Shown here piece by piece: positions 9,392 through 18,602 of a stretch of 60,364 bases of DNA. The DNA comes from an uncultured Sulfolobales archaeon (GTDB lineage Archaea > Thermoproteota > Thermoprotei_A > Sulfolobales > NBVN01), in assembly GCA_938083005.1 (NCBI GenBank), contig CALKCU010000002.1, positions 1 through 60,364 of the forward strand, given 5' to 3'. Position numbers and translations under genes: made by a program. Position 1 is the stretch's first letter. Each line of letters opens with the position of its first letter. The notes below the pieces were generated by a model that was not told the DNA's origin, searched no databases, and saw only the letters and a program-made list of their open reading frames with translations.

Positions 9392-11138
9392 TAGACCCCG
9401 AGTTGAGACGGCGACCCTGCGCGAGATGCTAGGACTTGTCCTGGCGTATAGGAGGGACGTGATCGTAGTCGCCACAGCCGTGGTCGCCGGCAGTATAGCC
9501 CTGCTCGCATCCCCCTACATACTCGGGCTCGTGATAGACGAGGGCATAGTCGGAGGGAGGCTAGACCTGCTCCCGAAGCTCGCCTCCCTCTACATCGCTA
9601 CGGTGCTGCTGCAGTGGGCAGCCATGGTGGTGAGGACTATCAGGATAGAGACCGTGGGTCAGAGAGTTCTGAAGAACCTCCGCGAGCTCCTCTTCAGCAA
9701 ATACGTCAAGGCTACCCTGGACTTCCACAAGAGATACCAGGTGGGAGACCTCGTATCCAGGCTGGTCAACGACACGTCGGTGGTCAACGAGTCCATGGTC
9801 ACGGGGCTGCTCAACGTCCTCGGGGATTTAGTGTCCATGGCGGGCTCCCTGGCGATGATGGCCTACCTCAGCCCCCAGCTGACCCTCGTCTCCCTGGCTA
9901 CGGTCCCCCTCATGGTGTTCGTAGCGAAGAGGCTGGGAGCCAGGCTCAGGAGGACCTGGAGGGAGGTCAGGGAGAGCGTGTCTAGGATGACCTCGGTGGT
10001 TGAGGAGAACGTGTCGGGCATAGAGGTCGTGAAGTCGTTTGGCCTCGAGGGGGACGTCCTCTCTAGGTTCGACAAGGTCTCGCGCGAGGTGTCTAGGACC
10101 TCGGTGAAGGCCTCGATCTTGGCCGGGCTCTTCTTCCCCCTCATGAACGTATCGATGTCTCTCTCCCTGGCAGTGGTCGTGGCGTACGGCGGATACCTAT
10201 GCCTGAGAGGGCTCCTCAGCGTGGGGGTATTGGTGGCCTTCACTCAGTACGTCAGCAGACTCATGGCTCCGGTAAACGAGCTTGTGTTCCTATACGACGC
10301 TCTCCAGTCTGCTCTGGCCTCTCTGGACAGGGTATTTGAAATGGCAAGATCCGAGGACGTTGAGAGCGACGAGGGTATAGAGCTCGAGGACGCCCGGGGC
10401 CATGTAGCGTTCGACCACGTCTGGTTCGAGTACGAGCCCGGGATGCCGGTCCTCAAAGACCTGACGTTCAGCGTGAGAGCCGGGGAAGTGGTGGCCGTGG
10501 TGGGGCACACGGGTGCGGGTAAAACGACCATGGCCAACCTCCTGGTGAAGTTCTACGAGCCGACCAGGGGCAGGGTGCTGATAGACGGAATCGACTCGAG
10601 GAATATCAAGAGGAGCAGCCTCAGAAGGTTCGTGAGCTACATACCCCAGGAGACGTATCTGTTTCAGGGGACGGTCATAGACAACATCAGGGTCGTGAAG
10701 CCTGCCGCTAGCGACGAAGAGGTGATCCGCATCTGCGAGAAGCTGGGGATACACAAGTTCATAAGCAAGCTGCCCAGCGGCTACCAGACCGACGTCGGTG
10801 AGGTAGGCAAGAGACTGTCCCTGGGCGAGAAGCAGCTAGTAGCTATAGCGAGGGCCATGCTGAAGGACTCCAGGATAGTGATATTTGACGAAGCGCTCTC
10901 GGGGGTCGACGCCGAGACTGAAAGAGTAATTAAGAGCGCTCTCAGAGAGCTCCTCAGGGGCAGGACGGGGATAATCATAGCCCACAGGCTCTCCCTAGCC
11001 AGGGACTGCGACAGGATAATAGTTCTGTCCGACGGCAGGGTTGTCGAGTCAGGGTCTTTCGAGGAGCTCATGGAGAGGCGGGGTGCGTTCTACGAGATGT
11101 ACAGGGTCCAGGTAGAGGCCGGAGAGAGCGCCAGCTGA
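9378..11138 (+). CDS. Heterodimeric ABC exporter subunit 2 (TMD+NBD; degenerate signature)
   Basis: GHTGAGKTT, LSLGEKQ, IFDEA, AHRL; overlaps subunit 1; TM288-like. Confidence 0.9.
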   Translation: MRRASRPRVETATLREMLGLVLAYRRDVIVVATAVVAGSIALLASPYILGLVIDEGIVGGRLDLLPKLASLYIATVLLQWAAMVVRTIRIETVGQRVLKNLRELLFSKYVKATLDFHKRYQVGDLVSRLVNDTSVVNESMVTGLLNVLGDLVSMAGSLAMMAYLSPQLTLVSLATVPLMVFVAKRLGARLRRTWREVRESVSRMTSVVEENVSGIEVVKSFGLEGDVLSRFDKVSREVSRTSVKASILAGLFFPLMNVSMSLSLAVVVAYGGYLCLRGLLSVGVLVAFTQYVSRLMAPVNELVFLYDALQSALASLDRVFEMARSEDVESDEGIELEDARGHVAFDHVWFEYEPGMPVLKDLTFSVRAGEVVAVVGHTGAGKTTMANLLVKFYEPTRGRVLIDGIDSRNIKRSSLRRFVSYIPQETYLFQGTVIDNIRVVKPAASDEEVIRICEKLGIHKFISKLPSGYQTDVGEVGKRLSLGEKQLVAIARAMLKDSRIVIFDEALSGVDAETERVIKSALRELLRGRTGIIIAHRLSLARDCDRIIVLSDGRVVESGSFEELMERRGAFYEMYRVQVEAGESAS

Positions 11139-11271
11139 GCGCGGGTTTTAGGTCCGATACCTACGCGACGAGAGTTCTTACGCCTCGGTACAGCGACCGG
11201 TCTTGTTAGTGGGAGGAGCCGCGAGGTAAGGATAGCCTTTATTCCGTGCGCACTAGGTCTGCGGGCAGCTC

Positions 11272-12513
11272 GTGGTAATAGAGGTCAGAGGTCCGCACCT
11301 CTACGTTGGAGGTCTGAGAGCCGAGGATATAGCCGACAGGTTCGGAACCCCGCTGTTTGCGTACGATAGAGAGACCGTGGAGGAGAACTACGGCAAGCTC
11401 GTCGGGAGCTTTACCTACGAGAACGTGGAGATCCTCTACTCCTGTAAGGCGAACAACAACCCCGGCATACTGAGTGCTCTCAGGGAGCTGGGAGCCGGCC
11501 TCGACGCCTCCTCGCCGTGGGAGGTCCTCCTCGGTGTTAGGCTTGGGTTCCCGAGGGAGAGGATACTGTTCACGGGCGTTGGGGTCGCGGACGAGGAGAT
11601 GAGGTTCGTCAGGGGGGAGCTCGGGGTCCTAGTCAACGTAGATTCCCTACCCCAGCTCAGGAGGTACGGGAGGATGTTCCCGGGGACGGAGGTATCGATA
11701 AGGATAAACCCCGGCTTCGGAGCGGGCTATCACGAGTTCACCACGACCGGAGGCCTCACGAAGTTCGGGATAGACGTGAGCTCTGCGAGTAGAGCCCTTG
11801 AGATAGCCGGGGAGCACGGGCTGAGGGTGGTGGGACTCCACGCGCACATAGGGTCCGGGATCTTCTCGGTAGAACCTTATGCTAGGGTGGCTAGGGTGCT
11901 GTTGGAGCTAGCGAGGAAGATCCCTCACGTAGAGTTCATAGACGTGGGAGGAGGTATGGGAGTTCCGTACAGACCCGGAGAGGGGGCGTTCGACCACATA
12001 GGCTTCGGTCGCACTATGTCGAAGATCATGGAGGAGTACTCAAGAACTCTCGGAAACGTCAAGCTGAGGTTGGAGCCCGGGAGGTTCATAGTCGGAAACG
12101 CGGGGGTCCTCCTGACCAGGGTGGTCGACGTCAAGGAGGTAGAGGTCGGGGGGATCAGGAAGGTCTTCGCCGTGGTCGACTCGAGCGTCAACCACATCCC
12201 GAGGGCAGCGATGATGGGTACGTACTACGAGGTAGTCCACGCGTCGAGAGCCGGCGCGCCGGCCGAGGTGGAGGTCGACGTGGTCGGGAACCTCTGAGTA
12301 GCCGGCGACGTGATGGCCAGGTCCAGGAAGCTGCCGCGGCTCGAGGAGGGGGACTTTCTAGCGTTCCTGAACGTGGGAGCGTACGCCTACAGCACGAACA
12401 TGAACTACAACATGAGGCCCAGGCCGGCCGAGGTACTCGTTCACGGAAGCGATGTGGGGCTCACGAGGAGGAGGGAGACCTTTGCGGACCTCGTCTCGAC
12501 GATGGTGTTCTGA
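11272..12513 (+). CDS. lysA: Diaminopimelate decarboxylase (LysA)-family enzyme with one in-frame TGA at 12295-12297 (recoded, or recent pseudogene)
   Basis: YSCKAN (PLP Lys), HAHIGS, LEPGR; ORFs 11272..12297 and 12310..12513 are in the same frame: VVGNL*VAGDVMARSR...VGAY...NYNMRPRPAEV...RRET. Confidence 0.85.
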
Positions 12514-12575
12514 GCTCCCGGCTTGCGAACAGTTTTAGGTGCGTCCGCGCCCAACCCGGGGGTGAGCGAACTCCG

Positions 12576-13607
12576 ATGCTCGTTCCAGAGCTCGGTAGAC
12601 GCGCGCTGATCCTAGCAATAGGGGGTGGAGGGGACGTCGCCTCTGCCGCAGTCTTGGCGGCTACGTATAGGAGAGCGGGCCTTGGCGCGCTCCTGGCTTC
12701 CATAGCGTGGGAGAGGTACGTCAACGACCCGGTCCCGGGACCGATAAGGCTGAGCGAGATCGCTAACTGCGTAGAGCTCGGCGAGGGCTACGCGATCGTC
12801 TCGGGCCCCTCCTACGCCCTCAGGGGCGGTAGGAAGGTGGTCTTCCAGGCCGCGAGGGTGGCCGAGATCCTCGGCGAGAACCTCTACATAGTGGACCTCT
12901 ACGGCGGGGTCGCCGGGTACGCGAAGGCCCTCAAGGAGATCGCGGAGCGGGAGGGCGTAGACGTGGTGATCGGGGTAGACGTGGGCGGGGACAGCCTCGC
13001 CGTGGGGTACGAGGAGGGGCTCTGGAGCCCTCTGGCCGACTGGATCGGCGTCGCGTCCCTAGCGAAGCTGGGCGGGATCCTTGCGGTCCACTCCCCGGGT
13101 AGCGACGGTGAGCTCAGCCAGGATTACGTGTTGAGAAGAGTGGACGAGGTGGCTCTGAGGGGAGGGCTCATCTGGGGAGCGTTTATGACTAGGGAGGACG
13201 CGGAGCTCCTGGAGCGGATGCTGGAGCGCGTGGAGAGCGAGGCCTCCAGGGTGCCGTTGCTGGCGTACAGGGGGCTTAGGGGTAGGTACAGCATGAGAAT
13301 GGGCTCTAGGGCCGTCGACGTGACGCTCTTTAGCACTGCGACCTTCTTCCTCGACGCTCGCGTGGTCGCCGAGGGTGTCGAGCCCCTCGAGGTGCTCGCG
13401 TCGACGAAAAGCCTCGAGGAGGCTAGGCGGTGCCTGAACGTCATGGGGATCTACACGGAACTCGACCTAGAGGAGGATCTAGCAAGGCTCGGTGTAGACC
13501 CGGCGCAGCTGAGCGGGGAGCTGCTCGTCGAAGTAAGGAGGAGGGGTATTGAGAGGCTGAGGGAGGGAGCGCACCAAAAATACGGTTCTTGTGAAAAGGC
13601 TAGCTAG
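12576..13607 (+). CDS. DUF1152 family protein
   Basis: IGGGGDV, GVDVGGDSLA.G.EEGL.SPLAD, G.DGEL. Confidence 0.8.
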   Translation: MLVPELGRRALILAIGGGGDVASAAVLAATYRRAGLGALLASIAWERYVNDPVPGPIRLSEIANCVELGEGYAIVSGPSYALRGGRKVVFQAARVAEILGENLYIVDLYGGVAGYAKALKEIAEREGVDVVIGVDVGGDSLAVGYEEGLWSPLADWIGVASLAKLGGILAVHSPGSDGELSQDYVLRRVDEVALRGGLIWGAFMTREDAELLERMLERVESEASRVPLLAYRGLRGRYSMRMGSRAVDVTLFSTATFFLDARVVAEGVEPLEVLASTKSLEEARRCLNVMGIYTELDLEEDLARLGVDPAQLSGELLVEVRRRGIERLREGAHQKYGSCEKAS

Positions 13608-13902
13608 CTCTTGCTAGGAGTCTTCCCGCCACGACTAAGAGTGACCACATCCCTACTCCCGCTGCCACGAGCAGAGCGCTCAGCTTGAGAGCGTCCAGCG
13701 AGTACTCCACAAATGTTCCCTCCTCTATGTAGGTAAACGCGGAGTCGAGGAGGAACATGAGCGCGGCACCGGCGAATATCAAGGTGAGGGAGCTTAGCTC
13801 GTACTTGTCCGGCTTCCCGCTCCTATAGCCCCTGTACCACAGCGCGGCCGACGCTAACGCGACCGCAAGGAGTACTAGAGGCCACATGCGCTGCCCCGTC
13901 AC
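13600..13902 (-). CDS. Small membrane protein, partner of the upstream gene
   Basis: Three hydrophobic segments, GAALMFLLD motif; GTGA start/stop overlap with the upstream gene. Confidence 0.7.
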   Translation of the reverse strand: MTGQRMWPLVLLAVALASAALWYRGYRSGKPDKYELSSLTLIFAGAALMFLLDSAFTYIEEGTFVEYSLDALKLSALLVAAGVGMWSLLVVAGRLLARAS

Positions 13903-14243
13903 TCACTTAGCGTGGTCGTCACTCTGGTTGCGGGCTTTACCTTCAGCTCGACCTTTCTGGACGCGTACAGTATTGAGAGCCAGAGGCCGGCCGTAGCCAA
14001 CGTCATGGATCCCCCTACTCTTGTCATCTCCAGCAACATCCCGGCGATGCCCGAGGCTCCCGTTAGGAATGGGGGGTAGGGCGCTATCTCTCCGTGTCAG
14101 GCGTGCTCGATCATCAGCAGAGCGGAGCCTCCTAGCAGGAGGCAGGACAACATCCTCAGCTTAAGCTCCTCAGCTTTCCTCCAGATCTTGGGCAGAACCG
14201 AGGTCACTACGCCCACTACCAGGGGCGTGATGAAGCACGCCAT
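13899..14243 (-). pseudogene. Conserved-type small membrane protein (MACF... family) interrupted by an in-frame TGA at codon 49
   Basis: Manual translation: MACFITPLVVGVVTSV...LLMIEHA*HGEIAPYPPFLTG...TTTLSE*; 115 codons; absent from the ORF track. Confidence 0.75.
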
Positions 14244-14378
14244 TCCAGACAACCTCGATGAGTTTTCGAGCACACAATAATAAGCCCTAACGTACGTAAC
14301 AAGATATCGAACCAGCGCGAGTCCGGGGACGACGGAGGACGGCTACATAGCTGTTGAACATGGGAAGAGGCGCGAGGG

Positions 14379-15437
14379 CTAGCTCCCGCTGGAACCCTCC
14401 CACAACCTCTTCGGCACAGCGTAGCTGCGTATCTCCCTGGTCCCGATGGTTATGACAAGGTCTCCGGAAGGCGTCTCGACGCTTAACACTCCCCTTACCC
14501 TCAGCTCCCCGCCCCTGTAGAGGGCATAGGAGTAGAGGGACTCGTAGGTCACGACCCTGGATACTCTGGAGGGCTCTACGTCCACTCTCCGGAGCGATCC
14601 GAGGACCCTCAGGTCGAGGACCCTGCTCACGCGGGCCGCTCCAGGGTAAAACAGAGACTCGCAGCCCCCCGGCTCCACGGCCAGCTCGGCCTCCACGAGA
14701 GCCGTGGGGACCAGAATCCTCTCCCCGTATCTGCCCGGCGCGTCCGACGCGAACATCACATTGACCTCCCTCTTCCTGTCCCGCATGTACAGCCTCTTGT
14801 AGGGAGGAGAGATAGCTCGCAGGACCTCGGGAGGGAGCCTGTAAACCTCAGCCATCCTGACAAGCCTCTCGGCCTCAACCTCCGGTGGCGCTTCTTCGAA
14901 GGAGCCCCTGGCGGACTCCACCACCTCCAAGGCCTCGCGGCATCCGTAGACCACGAGGTCCACGTCCGATACCGATGGGTTGTGGATCCCGACGGCGATG
15001 GACCCGTCTACGCCGACGCTATCCGGATGAACTCCAGAGCAGGCCCTGATCCTCTCGAAAGCCATCGCCGTATCGACCTCTACCGGATCCGCGGGCCTCC
15101 TCAGGATCTCCCACAACCTGTCCCTGGGTCTGTAGACTGCCGTGATATCCTTCAGCCTGACGACGGGCATAGTCACACCGAGCGCGGGGTCGTAGAGCTC
15201 CTCCTGGAGCCCGCTGATGGCCCTCAGAACGCTATCGACGCCATACCTCTTCACCACTCTCTCGTAGCACCTGCCCCCCCGACACCAGGGGGTCGTAGAC
15301 GACGTCGGTAAGTACTTGAGATAGGCGATCACGGCTCCGGGGGGATGAGTGTTGCCAACCACGATGTATATCTTGCCGGTCGAGTCTTCCAGGTGGTCGT
15401 GGTCCAGAAACGGTTCAGCCGGTTTGCTACTAATCAC
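14379..15437 (-). CDS. Predicted archaeal nucleotidyltransferase (pol-beta fold, COG1665-like)
   Basis: VVGN.HP, YLKY, GVDGS.....N..VSDVDLVVYG. Confidence 0.75.
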   Translation of the reverse strand: MISSKPAEPFLDHDHLEDSTGKIYIVVGNTHPPGAVIAYLKYLPTSSTTPWCRGGRCYERVVKRYGVDSVLRAISGLQEELYDPALGVTMPVVRLKDITAVYRPRDRLWEILRRPADPVEVDTAMAFERIRACSGVHPDSVGVDGSIAVGIHNPSVSDVDLVVYGCREALEVVESARGSFEEAPPEVEAERLVRMAEVYRLPPEVLRAISPPYKRLYMRDRKREVNVMFASDAPGRYGERILVPTALVEAELAVEPGGCESLFYPGAARVSRVLDLRVLGSLRRVDVEPSRVSRVVTYESLYSYALYRGGELRVRGVLSVETPSGDLVITIGTREIRSYAVPKRLWEGSSGS

Positions 15438-15490
15438 GCCTCATCCCGCTCGTGCTTCATCACGCCCGCTTATTTTAGCCCGTATGCAAG

Positions 15491-16381
15491 GTGCGTGGGG
15501 CAAATATATTGAAACCGCGCTTAATTCCCGCGGCACTGCTGCTCACGGTATTGCTCTTCGCTCCCATCCCGGTTGGTGCGTGGGAGCTCCTGGAACGGTT
15601 CAGGGGAGACGTCCTGTACATGGCCTACGACATCGTCTACAGGGTCGCCGTCACTGCGTCCGGGGTCAGCGGAGTGGCCACTAGCTCCTACACTCTGCAC
15701 ATATTCATCGAGAGGCTGAACGGCACCCACTACATCGCAAGCGCCTCGGCGAGCGACGTGGTGTACTCGTTCGCCTCGGACGACGTGATCTTTCTCCACG
15801 CTTTCGTATCTCTCTACATGGTTAACCTGAGCAGGTACTTCATAGAGCTCCTCTACGTGCCGCGGACTAAGGGCGTCACGCTAGACGTAGTCCTGCCCAA
15901 GGAGTCGGTTCCGCTGTTCCTGAACTCCGTTGCTAGGTGGTATAGGATAGTAGAGGAGACCGCCGGGGAGGTCTGCCAGGAGATCAGGGTGGGAAACATC
16001 ACGGTCGGGAGCGGCGTTAGGTATAGGATGGTCTCCCCGCGGGCGGAGCTGGTCTACGACTGCCCGTCGGGTATCCTCGTGAGCATGACGGCGTCGGTGC
16101 CCGTGGAGGCGGCGGGAGCGAGCGTCACCATGAGCGTCGAGCTCTCCAAGCTAAACTTCCTCAACCTCACCAGCATAAGGCTCCCCAGAGCTGAGGTAAG
16201 CCGGGAGCCCGCGCTCGCAGTGCCCGTAGCCCTCCTAGTCTTCACCGCGGCCGTGCTCGCGACGGTAGTGGTGCTGACCCTGGTGATCGTGAGAAGGCTG
16301 AAGAGGCTCCTCGCTACTCACGGGGCACCGGTCGCCGTCGGCAGAGCGCTCCTCAGCGCTAAGTGGCGTCGAGAGCCCTGA
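15491..16381 (+). CDS. Hypothetical secreted protein with C-terminal membrane anchor
   Basis: N-terminal signal-like segment, YD..SG.L motif, C-terminal TM helix followed by RRLKR. Confidence 0.65.
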   Translation: MRGANILKPRLIPAALLLTVLLFAPIPVGAWELLERFRGDVLYMAYDIVYRVAVTASGVSGVATSSYTLHIFIERLNGTHYIASASASDVVYSFASDDVIFLHAFVSLYMVNLSRYFIELLYVPRTKGVTLDVVLPKESVPLFLNSVARWYRIVEETAGEVCQEIRVGNITVGSGVRYRMVSPRAELVYDCPSGILVSMTASVPVEAAGASVTMSVELSKLNFLNLTSIRLPRAEVSREPALAVPVALLVFTAAVLATVVVLTLVIVRRLKRLLATHGAPVAVGRALLSAKWRREP

Positions 16382-16388
16382 GTATCGG

Positions 16389-16488
16389 GTAATACTCGTT
16401 TAATTGATCTGAGCGTAATACCGAAGAGATCGGATATTAAAGTTCCGACCGAGCTAGGTAATACCCGCGAACTCCAGCGCGGTATTAA
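16389..16488. promoter_or_regulatory. Cluster of GTAATAC/GTATTA boxes upstream of gar1-tfb (aCcr1-box-like)
   Basis: GTAATAC at 16389, 16415 and 16458; inverted GTATTA at 16482. Confidence 0.5.
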
Positions 16489-16538
16489 GCCCATAGCTGT
16501 TTTAACCCGGTACGAAGCTACCTACCGGCGGTGATTCC

Positions 16539-16766
16539 TTGAGGCGCTTGGGCTACTTCCTCCACAAGACCCCCTCGGGTAGGCTAGTCGTCAAGCTCAG
16601 CTCTCCCAAGCCTCCCAGGCTGGGCGCGAGGGTGCTGAACTCTAGAGGAGAGGTAGTGGGTGTCGTTGTCGATGTGATAGGCCCTGTGAGATCGCCCTAC
16701 GCGGTGGTAAAGCCCTCCAGACCAGCCCCGTCCCTGGGCAGGTACGAAGAGCTCTTCGTCAGGTGA
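16539..16766 (+). CDS. gar1: H/ACA RNP subunit Gar1
   Basis: G.VVDVIGPV.SPY.VVKP; conserved position upstream of tfb. Confidence 0.85.
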   Translation: MRRLGYFLHKTPSGRLVVKLSSPKPPRLGARVLNSRGEVVGVVVDVIGPVRSPYAVVKPSRPAPSLGRYEELFVR

Positions 16767-17626
16767 CACGTGTGGGCTGTCGGAACGACATGGTAATCTA
16801 CGACGAGTTCAGGGGGGAGTACATCTGCGCCGAGACCGGGGAGGTAATCGAGGAGAGGCTCGTGGACACGGGTAGGGAGTGGAGGTCCTTCGAGATCCCG
16901 AGCAGCAGAGAGCGCGCTGGGACCCCCAACACCTTCAAGGTCCACGACATGGGTCTCCACACCGAGATAGACGGGACCACGTGGGTCGGCAGGAGGCTCT
17001 CGGAGCTCAACAACATGAGCAGGATAGTCACGAGCGACGAGAGGAAGCTCTCTAGAGCGCTCGCTCTCGCCAACGAGGTGGTCAGCAGACTGCAGACTCC
17101 GGGAGCTGCTAGGTTGAAGGAGGAGGTGGGGCTAATGCTCAGGAAGCTCGTCAAGAGCGGGGTCCCGGGCCGCAGGAGGCTAGGAGCCTTCGTGGCGGCG
17201 TGCATCATATGCGCGGCGGAGAACCTAGACATGCCGGTAAACGCCAGGGAGATCGTGAACCAGTGCGGTACCACCTTCAGCGACGTCTGGAACGCCTTGA
17301 TGAGAATCAGGAGAGACCTCGGTATAGCTAGGTCAAGGTCCTACAACCCGAAGACCCTCGTCCTGGCCTACGCGCAAAAAGCCGGGCTGCCAAGCCATGT
17401 CACTACTCTGGCTATGAGGATAATAGAGGCGGGCAGGGCCTCCGGGACTCTCCTAAGCAAGGGTCCCCAGGGTGTCGCGGTCGCCGCGCTTTACGTAGCC
17501 TCTCTGCTCATGGACTTGAGGAAGACTCAGACGGCCATATCCAGAGACACGGAGGTCTCCGAGGTGACTATCAGGAACAGGTATAGGGACATCATCGACG
17601 GGGTAATGATAGAGGTGACCCTCTAG
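16763..17626 (+). CDS. tfb: Transcription initiation factor IIB (crenarchaeal TFB2-like paralogue)
   Basis: GEYIC.ETGEV, EWRSF, KVHD.GLHT, two cyclin repeats, VSEVTIRNRY. Confidence 0.9.
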   Translation: MTRVGCRNDMVIYDEFRGEYICAETGEVIEERLVDTGREWRSFEIPSSRERAGTPNTFKVHDMGLHTEIDGTTWVGRRLSELNNMSRIVTSDERKLSRALALANEVVSRLQTPGAARLKEEVGLMLRKLVKSGVPGRRRLGAFVAACIICAAENLDMPVNAREIVNQCGTTFSDVWNALMRIRRDLGIARSRSYNPKTLVLAYAQKAGLPSHVTTLAMRIIEAGRASGTLLSKGPQGVAVAALYVASLLMDLRKTQTAISRDTEVSEVTIRNRYRDIIDGVMIEVTL

Positions 17627-17627
17627 C

Positions 17628-18461
17628 TCAGGCCCCGAACCTCCTCTCCCGCTTTTGGTAGTCCCTCACAGCCCTCAGCAGGTCTATGGTCCTGAACTCG
17701 GGCCAGTAGACCTCGCAGAAGTAGAGCTCGCTATACGCGATCTGCCAGAGAAGGAAGTTGCTCACTCTGACCTCCCCCGAGGTCCTTATCACCAAGTCCG
17801 GGTCCCCCAGCTCCCCGAGGTGGGACGTGTAGAGGTAGGACATGAAGGTCCTATCGTCTATGCCGTCCAGGGAGAGCCTCCCGGCCATTACGTCCCCGAC
17901 CAGCCTCCTGACCGCGCTCAGTATCTCTTCGCGACCTCCGTAGCAGAGGGCTACGTTCAGTACGCCGTTGCTATAGCGCTCGGTCCTCGCCTCTATCTCG
18001 CGGATCCTCGAAGCCAGGGGGTCTGGGACTAGGTCCAGCCTACCGAAGACTTTGACCCTCACCTTCCTCTCGTCCAGGGTCCCGGCGCTCTCCAGCTCGT
18101 CGATGGCTCTCTCGATAAGGCCGAAGAGATGGGCCCTCTCTTTCGGGTCCCTCTTCACGCAGTTCTCGGAGGACATAGCGTACACCGTCACCACCTTGAC
18201 CCCCAGCCTCCAGAGGACGTCAAGGACTTCCCTGATCTTTCTGTAGCCGTGCTCGTGCCCCTCCCTCGGGTCGAGCCCGAGCTCTCTGGCCCACCTCCTG
18301 TTACCGTTGGGGATTATCGCTACGTGCCTGGGGAGAGGTCCCGACTTCACCTGCTCCCAGAGCATGCTCTCGTAAAGCTTGTACAGGGGCTTAGCTAAAA
18401 CCCCGAACGGGCTCCGGAATAGCTTGAGGGCTAACCTGGCTAGCACCACTCCTGCTACCAC
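17628..18461 (-). CDS. uppS: cis-prenyltransferase (polyprenyl diphosphate synthase)
   Basis: PRHVAIIPNGNRRWA, YGGREEI, PDLVIRTSGE.RVSNFLLWQ. Confidence 0.92.
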   Translation of the reverse strand: MVAGVVLARLALKLFRSPFGVLAKPLYKLYESMLWEQVKSGPLPRHVAIIPNGNRRWARELGLDPREGHEHGYRKIREVLDVLWRLGVKVVTVYAMSSENCVKRDPKERAHLFGLIERAIDELESAGTLDERKVRVKVFGRLDLVPDPLASRIREIEARTERYSNGVLNVALCYGGREEILSAVRRLVGDVMAGRLSLDGIDDRTFMSYLYTSHLGELGDPDLVIRTSGEVRVSNFLLWQIAYSELYFCEVYWPEFRTIDLLRAVRDYQKRERRFGA

Positions 18462-18602
18462 TCGGGGATCTGCGGAGTGGGTATAATTTCTTTACCTGCT
18501 CATTGCTGGTCAGCAGGGTTCGGTCAGCTGGCCAGTCCCAGCCGTCCACTGCTGCGATTAAGCCTCCCTCCGGCCAGCTGCTTCGCGTTGGTGTAAAGTG
18601 AT

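Noticed and set aside
12280-12320. A BHB intron hiding the lysA TGA, as in cbf5
   Set aside because: The region aligns codon-for-codon with the GxxCESxD motif, so there are no surplus nucleotides to splice out.
18525-18580. 9-bp inverted repeat CAGCTGGCC/GGCCAGCTG as MITE ends
   Set aside because: Single copy, no target-site duplication seen, and expected by chance at high GC.
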